From assembly GCA_964057225.1 (NCBI GenBank), contig OZ059897.1, positions 2,108,001 to 2,172,000 of the forward strand: 64,000 bases of DNA. Direction: 5' to 3'. Below are positions 55,201 to 64,000 of the stretch, in pieces; within the stretch, counting starts at the first letter, position 1, and every line of letters begins with the position of its first letter. Below the pieces are notes generated by a model. It ran no database searches, was not told where the DNA came from, and worked only from the letters and a program-made list of their open reading frames with translations. The translations under genes and the position numbers were made by a program. The stretch is from Auanema rhodensis (taxonomy: Eukaryota > Animalia > Nematoda).

Positions 55201-58200
55201 TATCCTCGATTTTCACCCTGAAGAAATGATTTTTTCGTTGAATAACATTGTCCATCGTCTTTGTCTTGAAAAAAGGAATCTAAAAACATCTACTTTTTGT
55301 GAAATTATTTAGAAATTTTTCGGGAAAATTTTTGTCAAAATGTTTTTGGAAGCAATGTTGAGTGTACATGGGAACTCAACATACACTAATGCATTATTTT
55401 TCAAACGATCATAACTAATTTTTGTAAATAGCGTTTCTCAAGGTAGTATAGTGCATTCGATGCGGATTTTTAAGCTGCGTCGATCTGTGTTATCAGATTT
55501 GAGTTAGCTTAAAAATGCACCGAGATATCAACTGATATATGTTCACACTTATATCCTCGATTTTCAAACTGAAGAATTGATTTTTTTGTTGAATAACATT
55601 GTCCATCGTCTTCGTCTTGAAAAAAGGAATCTAAAAACATCTACTTTTTGTGAAATTATTTAGAAATTTTTCGGGAAAATTTTTGTCAAAATGTTTTTGG
55701 AAGCAATGTTGAGTGTACATGGGAACTCAACATACACTAATGCATTATTTTTCAAACGATCATAACTATTTTCTGTAAATAGCGTTTCTCAATGTAGTAT
55801 AGTGCATTCGATGCGGATTTTTAAGTTGCGTTGATCTGTGTTATCAGATTTGAGTTAGCTTAAAAATGCACCGAGATATCAACTGATATATGTTCACACT
55901 TATATCCTCGACTTTCACCCTGAAGAAATGATTTTTTCGTTGAATAACATTGTCCATCATCTTCGTCTTGAAAAAAGGAATCTAAAAACATCTACTTTTT
56001 GTGAAATTATTTAGAAATTTTTCGGGAAAATTTTTGTCAAAATGTTTTTGGAAGCAATGTTGAGTGTACATGGGAACTCAACATACACTAATGCATTATT
56101 TTTCAAACGATCATAACTAATTTTTGTATAGAGCGTTTCTCAATGTAGTATTGTGCATTCGATGCGGATTTTTAAGCTGCGTTGATCTGTGTTATCAGAT
56201 TTGAGTTAACTTAAAAATGCACCGAGATATCAACTGATATAGGTTCACACTTATATCCTCGATTTTCACCCTGAAGAAGTAGTTTTTTCGTTGAAAAACA
56301 TTGTCCATCGTCTTCGTCATGAAAAAAGGAATCTAAAAACATCTACTTTTTAAGAAATTATATAGAAATTTTTCGGGAAAATTTTTGTCAAAATGTTTTT
56401 GGAAGCAATGTTGAGTGTACATGGGAACTCAACATACACTAATGCATTATTTTTCAAACTATCATAACTTATTTTTGTATAGAGCGTTTCTCAATGCAGT
56501 AAAGTGCATTCGATGCGGATTTTTAAGCTGCGTCGATCTGTGTTATCAGATTTGAGTTAGCTTAAAAATGCACCGAGATATCAACTGATATATGTTCACA
56601 CTTATATCCTCGATTTTCACCCTGAAGAAATGATTTTTTCGTTGAATAACATTGTCCATCGTCTTTGTCTTGAAAAAAGGAATCTAAAAACATCTACTTT
56701 TTGTGAAATTATTTAGAAATTTTTCGGGAAAATTTTTGTCAAAATGTTTTTGGAAGCAATGTTGAGTGTACATGGGAACTCAACATACACTAATGCATTA
56801 TTTTTCAAACGATCATAACTAATTTTTGTAAATAGCGTTTCTCAAGGTAGTATAGTGCATTCGATGCGGATTTTTAAGCTGCGTCGATCTGTGTTATCAG
56901 ATTTGAGTTAGCTTAAAAATGCACCGAGATATCAACTGATATATGTTCACACTTATATCCTCGATTTTCAAACTGAAGAATTGATTTTTTTGTTGAATAA
57001 CATTGTCCATCGTCTTCGTCTTGAAAAAAGGAATCTAAAAACATCTACTTTTTGTGAAATTATCTAGAAATTTTTCGGGAAAATTTTTGTCAAAATGTTT
57101 TTGGAAGCAATGTTGAGTGTACATGGGAACTCAACATACACTAATGCATTATTTTTCAAACGATCATAACTATTTTCTGTAAATAGCGTTTCTCAATGTA
57201 GTATAGTGCATTCGATGCGGATTTTTAAGTTGCGTTGATCTGTGTTATCAGATTTGAGTTAGCTTAAAAATGCACCGAGATATCAACTGATTTATGTTCA
57301 CACTTATATCCTCGATTTTCACCCTGAAGAAATGATTTTTTCGTTGAATAACATTGTCCATCATCTTCGTCTTGAAAAAAGGAATCTAAAAACATCTACT
57401 TTTTGTGAAATTATTTAGAAATTTTTCGGGAAAATTTTTGTCAAAATGTTTTTGGAAGCAATGTTGAGTGTACATGGGAACTCAACATACACTAATGCAT
57501 TATTTTTCAAACGATCATAACTAATTTTTGTAAATAGCGTTTCTCAAGGTAGTATAGTGCATTCGATGCGGATTTTTAAGCTGCGTCGATCTGTGTTATC
57601 AGATTTGAGTTAGCTTAAAAATGCACCGAGATATCAACTGATATATGTTCACACTTATATCCTCGATTTTCACCCTGAAGAAATGATTTTTTCGTTGAAT
57701 AACATTGTCCATCGTCTTCGTCTTGAAAAAAGGAATCTAAAAACATCTACTTTTTGTGAAATTATTTAGAAATTTTTCGGGAAAATTTTTGTCAAAATGT
57801 TTTTGGAAGCAATGTTGAGTGTACATGGGAACTCAACATACACTAATGCATTATTTTTCAAACGATCATAACTATTTTCTGTAAATAGCGTTTCTCAATG
57901 TAGTATAGTGCATTCGATGCGGATTTTTAAGTTGCGTTGATCTGTGTTATCAGATTTGAGTTAGCTTAAAAATGCACCGAGATATCAACTGATATATGTT
58001 CACACTTATATCCTCGACTTTCACCCTGAAGAAATGATTTTTTCGTTGAATAACATTGTCCATCATCTTCGTCTTGAAAAAAGGAATCTAAAAACATCTA
58101 CTTTTTGTGAAATTATTTAGAAATTTTTCGGGAAAATTTTTGTCAAAATGTTTTTGGAAGCAATGTTGAGTGTACATGGGAACTCAACATACACTAATGC

Positions 58201-59670
58201 ATTATTTTTCAAACGATCATAACTAATTTTTGTATAGAGCGTTTCTCAATGTAGTATTGTGCATTCGATGCGGATTTTTAAGCTGCGTTGATCTGTGTTA
58301 TCAGATTTGAGTTAACTTAAAAATGCACCGAGATATCAACTGATATAGGTTCACACTTATATCCTCGATTTTCACCCTGAAGAAGTAGTTTTTTCGTTGA
58401 AAAACATTGTCCATCGTCTTCGTCATGAAAAAAGGAATCTAAAAACATCTACTTTTTAAGAAATTATATAGAAATTTTTCGGGAAAATTTTTGTCAAAAT
58501 GTTTTTGGAAGCAATGTTGAGTGTACATGGGAACTCAACATACACTAATGCATTATTTTTCAAACTATCATAACTTATTTTTGTATAGAGCGTTTCTCAA
58601 TGCAGTAAAGTGCATTCGATGCGGATTTTTAAGCTGCGTCGATCTGTGTTATCAGATTTGAGTTAGCTTAAAAATGCACCGAGATATCAACTGATATATG
58701 TTCACACTTATATCCTCGATTTTCACCCTGAAGAAATGATTTTTTCGTTGAATAACATTGTCCATCGTCTTTGTCTTGAAAAAAGGAATCTAAAAACATC
58801 TACTTTTTGTGAAATTATTTAGAAATTTTTCGGGAAAATTTTTGTCAAAATGTTTTTGGAAGCAATGTTGAGTGTACATGGGAACTCAACATACACTAAT
58901 GCATTATTTTTCAAACGATCATAACTAATTTTTGTAAATAGCGTTTCTCAAGGTAGTATAGTGCATTCGATGCGGATTTTTAAGCTGCGTCGATCTGTTT
59001 TATCAGATTTGAGTTAGCTTAAAAATGCACCGAGATATCAACTGATATATGTTCACACTTATATCCTCGATTTTCAAACTGAAGAATTGATTTTTTTGTT
59101 GAATAACATTGTCCATCGTCTTCGTCTTGAAAAAAGGAATCTAAAAACATCTACTTTTTGTGAAATTATCTAGAAATTTTTCGGGAAAATTTTTGTCAAA
59201 ATGTTTTTGGAAGCAATGTTGAGTGTACATGGGAACTCAACATACACTAATGCATTATTTTTCAAACGATCATAACTATTTTCTGTAAATAGCGTTTCTC
59301 AATGTAGTATAGTGCATTCGATGCGGATTTTTAAGTTGCGTTGATCTGTGTTATCAGATTTGAGTTAGCTTAAAAATGCACCGAGATATCAACTGATTTA
59401 TGTTCACACTTATATCCTCGATTTTCACCCTGAAGAAATGATTTTTTCGTTGAATAACATTGTCCATCATCTTCGTCTTGAAAAAAGGAATCTAAAAACA
59501 TCTACTTTTTGTGAAATTATTTAGAAATTTTTCGGGAAAATTTTTGTCAAAATGTTTTTGGAAGCAATGTTGAGTGTACATGGGAACTCAACATACACTA
59601 ATGCATTATTTTTCAAACGATCATAACTAATTTTTGTAAATAGCGTTTCTCAAGGTAGTATAGTGCATTC
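52300..59670. repeat. Right satellite sub-domain with type-D monomers and local 3-, 4- and 6-mer duplications
   Basis: The D marker occurs in monomers at 52651, 53704, 55459, 56863 and 58969. TGCAGTAAAG occurs at 55091, ~56495 and 58601. Confidence 0.8.
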
Positions 59671-62600
59671 GATGCGGATTTTTAAGCTGCGTCGATCTGT
59701 GTTATCAGATTTGAGTTAGCTTAAAAATGCACCGAGATATCAACTGATATATGTTCACACTTATATCCTCGATTTTCACAATGAAGAAATGATTTTTTCG
59801 TTGAATAACATTGTCCATCGTCTTCGTCTTGAAAAAAGGAATCTAAAAACATCTACTTTTTGTGAAATTATTTAGAAATTTTTCGGGAAAATTTTTGGCA
59901 AAATGTTTTTGGAAGCAATGTTGAGTGTACATGGGAACTCAACATACACTAATGCATTATTTTTCAAACGATCATAACTAATTTCTGTAAATAGCGTTTC
60001 TCAATGTAGTATAGTGCATTCGATGCGGATTTTTAAGCTGCGTCGATCTGTGTTATCAGATTTGAGTTAGCTTAAAAATGCACCGAGATATCAACTGATA
60101 TATGTTTACACTTATATCCTCTATTTTCACCCTGAAGAAATAGTTTTTTCGTTGAAAAACATTGTCCATCGTCTTTGCCTTGAAAAAAGGAATCTAAAAA
60201 CATCTACTTTTTGTGAAATTATTTAGAAATTTTTCGGGAAAATTTTTGTCAAAATGTTTTTGGAAGCAATGTTGAGTGTACATGGGAACTCAACATACAC
60301 TAATGCATTATTTTTCAAACGATCATAACAATTTATGTAAATAGCGTTTCTCAATGTAGTATAGTGCATTCGATGCGGATTTTTAAGTTGCGTTGATCTG
60401 TGTTATCAGATTTGAGTTAGCTTAAAAATGCACCGAGATATCAACTGATTTATGTTCACACTTATATCCTCGATTTTCACCCTGAAGAAATGATTTTTTC
60501 GTTGAATAACATTGTCCATCGTCTTCGTCTTGAAAAAAGGAATCTAAAAACATCTACTTTTTGTGAAATTATTTAGAAATTTTTCGGGAAAATTTTTGTC
60601 AAAATGTTTTTGGAAGCAATGTTGGGTGTACATGGGAACTCAGCATACACTAATGCATTATTTTTCAAACGATCATAACTTATTTTTGTATAGAGCGTTT
60701 CTCAATGTAGTATAGTGCATTCGATGCGGATTTTTAAGCTGCGTCGATCTGTGTTATCAGATTTGAGTTAGCTTAAAAATGCACCGAGATATCAACTGAT
60801 ATATGTTCACACTTATATCCTCGATTTTCACCCTGAAGAAATGATTTTTTCGTTGAATAACATTGTCCATCGTCTTCGTCTTGAAAAAAGGAATCTAAAA
60901 ACATCTACTTTTTGTGAAATTATTTAGAAATTTTTCGGGAAAATTTTTGTCAAAATGTTTTTGGAAGCAATGTTGAGTGTACATGGGAACTCAACATACA
61001 CTAATGCATTATTTTTCAAACGATCATAACTTATTTTTGTATAGAGCGTTTCTCAATGTAGTATAGTGCATTCGATGCGGATTTTTAAGCTGCGTCGATC
61101 TGTGTTATCCGATTTGAGTTAGCTTAAAAATGCACCGAGATATCAACTGATATATGTTCACACTTATATCCTCGATTTTCACCCTGAAGAAATGATTTTT
61201 TCGTTGAATAACATTGTCCATCGTCTTCGTCTTGAAAAAAGGAATCTAAAAACATCTACTTTTTGTGAAATTATTTAGAAATTTTACGGGAAAATTTTTG
61301 TCAAAATGTTTTTGGAAGCAATGTTGAGTGTACATGGGAACTCAACATACACTAATGCATTATTTTTCAAACGATCATAACTAATTTTTGTATAGAGCGT
61401 TTCTCAATGTAGTATAGTGCATTCGATGCGGATTTTTAAGCTGCGTTGATCTGTGTTATCAGATTTGAGTTAACTTTAAAATGCACCGAGATATCAACTG
61501 ATATAGGTTCACACTTATATCCTCAATTTTCACCCTGAAGAAGTAGTTTTTTCGTTGAAAAACATTGTCCATCGTCTTCGTCATGAAAAAAGGAATCTAA
61601 AAACATCTACTTTTTAAGAAATTATATAGAAATTTTTCGGGAAAAGTTTTGTCAAAATGTTTTTGGAAGCAATGTTGAGTGTACATGGGAACTCAACATA
61701 CACTAATGCATTATTTTTCAAACGATCATAACTTATTTTTGTATAGAGCGTTTCTCAATGTAGTATAGTGCATTCGATGCGGATTTTTAAGCTGCGTCGA
61801 TCTGTGTTATCAGATTTGAGTTAGCTTAAAAATGCACCGAGATATCAACTGATATATGTTCACACTTATATCCTCGATTTTCAAACTGAAGAATTGATTT
61901 TTTTGTTGAATAACATTGTTCATCGTCTTCGTCTTGAAAAAAGGAATCTAAAAACATCTACTTTTTGTGAAATTATCTAGAAATTTTTCGGGAAAATTTT
62001 TGTCAAAATGTTTTTGGAAGCAATGTTGAGTGTACATGGGAACTCAACATACACTAATGCATTATTTTTCAAACGATCATAACTATTTTCTGTAAATAGC
62101 GTTTCTCAATGTAGTATAGTGCATTCAATGCGGATTTTTAAGCTGCGTTGATCTGTGTTATCAGATTTGAGTTAACTTAAAAATGCACCGAGATATCAAG
62201 TGATATATGTTCACACTTATATCCTCGATTTTCAAACTGAAGAATTGATTTTTTTGTTGAATAACATTGTCCATCGTCTTCGTCTTGAAAAAAGGAATCT
62301 AAAAACATCTACTTTTTGTGAAATTATCTAGAAATTTTTCGGGAAAATTTTTGTCAAAATGTTTTTGGAAGCAATGTTGAGTGTACATGGGAACTCAACA
62401 TACACTAATGCATTATTTTTCAAACGATCATAACTATTTTCTTTAAATAGCGTTTCTCAATGTAGTATAGTGCATTCGATGCGGATTTTTAAGCTGCGTT
62501 GATCTGTGTTATCAGATTTGAGTTAACTTAAAAATGCACCGAGATATCAACTGATATATGTTCACACTTATATCCTCGATTTTCACCCTGAAGAAATGAT

Positions 62601-64000
62601 TTTTTGGTTGAAAAACATTGTCCATCGTCTTCGTCTTGAAAAAAGGAATCTAAAAACATCTACTTTTTGTGAAATTATTTAGAAATTTTTCGGGAAAATT
62701 TTTGTCAAAATGTTTTTGGAAGCAATGTTGAGTGTACATGGGAACTCAGCATACACTAATGCATTATTTTTCAAACGATAATAACTAATTTTTGTATAGA
62801 GCGTTTCTTAATGTAGTATAGTGCATTCGATGCGGATTTTTAAGTTGCGTTGATCTGTGTTATCAGATTTGAGTTAGCTTAAAAATGCACCGAGATATCA
62901 ACTGATATATGTTCACACTTATATCCTCGATTTTCACCCTGAAGAAATGATTTTTTCGTTGAATAACATTGTCCATCATCTTCGTCTTGAAAAAAGGAAT
63001 CTAAAAACATCTACTTTTTGTGAAATTATTTAGAAATTTTTCGGGAAAATTTTTGTCAAAATGTTTTTGGAAGCAATGTTGGGTGTACATGGGAACTCAA
63101 CATACACTAATGCATTATTTTTCAAACGATCATAACTTATTTTTGTATAGAGCGTTTCTCAATGTAGTATAGTGCATTCGATGCGGATTTTTAAGCTGCG
63201 TCGATCTGTGTTATCAGATTTGAGTTAGCTTAAAAATGCACCGAGATATCAACTGATGTATGTTCACACTTATATCCTCGATTTTCACCCTGAAGAAATG
63301 ATTTTTTCGTTGAAAAAACATTGTCCATCGTCTTTGCCTTGAAAAAAGGAATCTAAAAACATCTACTTTTTGTGAAATTATTCAGAAATTTTTCGGGAAA
63401 ATTTTTGTCAAAATGTTTTTGGAAGCAATGTTGAGTGTACATGGGAACTCAGCATACACTAATGCATTATTTTTCAAACGATCATAACTAATTTTTGTAA
63501 ATAGCGTTTCTCGATGTAGTATAGTGCATTCGATGCGGATTTTTAAGTTGCGTTGATCTGTGTTATCAGATTTGAGTTAACTTAAAAATGCACCGAGATA
63601 TCAACTGATATATGTTCACACTTATATCCTCGATTTTCACCCTGAAGAAATGATTTTTTCGTTGAAAAACATTGTCCATCGTCTTTGTCATGAAAAAAGG
63701 AATCTAAAAACATCTACTTTTTGTGAAATTATTTAGAAATTTTTCGGGAAAATTTTTGTCAAAATGTTTTTGGAAGCAATGTTGAGTGTACATGGGAACT
63801 CAACATACACTAATGCATTATTTTTCAAACGATCATAACTAATTTTTGTAAATAGCGTTTCTCAAGGTAGTATAGTGCATTCGATGCGGATTTTTAAGCT
63901 GCGTCGATCTGTGTTATCAGATTTGAGCTAGCTTAAAAATGCACCGAGATATCAACTGATATATGTTCACACTTATATCCTCGATTTTCACCCTGAAGAA
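59671..64000. repeat. More diverged satellite monomers with many private variants
   Basis: About 20 rare or private changes occur in ~12 monomers (e.g. near 59780, 59897, 60106, 60122, 60330, 61110, 61286, 61477, 61525, 61646, 62127, 62200, 62443, 62780, 63258, 63315). Confidence 0.75.

Larger units (their letters stand above)
1..64000. repeat. Tandem satellite DNA array, 351-bp AT-rich monomer, ~182 head-to-tail copies (likely centromeric/pericentromeric heterochromatin; family unidentified)
   Basis: The GATGCGGATTTTTAAG start recurs at 1, 352, 703 ... 7021, 14041, 21061 (exact multiples of 351). It is shifted -1 at 28080-45981, back in phase at 46333-60022, -1 at 60372-63180 and in phase at 63532. 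Copies differ by only a few substitutions, and the array runs off both ends. The centromeric location is inference. Confidence 0.99.

Noticed and set aside
60620-63455. A>G variants in the 9-bp stem keep G-U pairing, suggesting RNA structure selection
   Set aside because: Any transition gives a wobble pair on one strand, and other variants (near 11838, 12538 and 52197) break the stem on the + strand.
1-64000. CRISPR array or other repeat-spacer system
   Set aside because: There are no unique spacers: the entire 351 bp repeats, including the hairpin and its flanks. No cas-like ORFs are present.
1-64000. Assignment to a named ~350-360-bp satellite family, or to a 5S rDNA, tRNA or snRNA tandem array
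   Set aside because: I recognise no sequence match to a known family or RNA gene, and length alone is insufficient. BLAST, Dfam and Rfam searches would decide.

Overview
The whole 64,000-bp window is one uninterrupted head-to-tail tandem satellite array. It holds about 182.3 copies of a 351-bp monomer (about 32% GC by hand count of the consensus), all in one orientation, with no unique sequence, transposon insertion or inversion. I find no credible genes, RNA genes or CRISPR array; the nine ORFs in the track arise from single substitutions that remove a stop codon in individual monomers. The organisation is typical of eukaryotic (peri)centromeric or heterochromatic satellite DNA, but I cannot name the family or organism. 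The informative structure is at two scales. Inside the monomer there is a dense set of dyads (a ~67-bp imperfect palindrome with an 11-bp perfect stem, a 9-bp inverted repeat, a 10-bp palindrome), phased A/T tracts and a near-invariant block. Across the array, diagnostic variants define about 8 monomer types (my labels A-I). These form a degenerate higher-order repeat and a layered layout: both flanks share markers absent from the centre, and the last ~4.3 kb is more diverged. Several recent unequal-exchange duplications and chimeric monomers can be located. Monomer positions are counted from GATGCGG = 1. All typing was done by eye.
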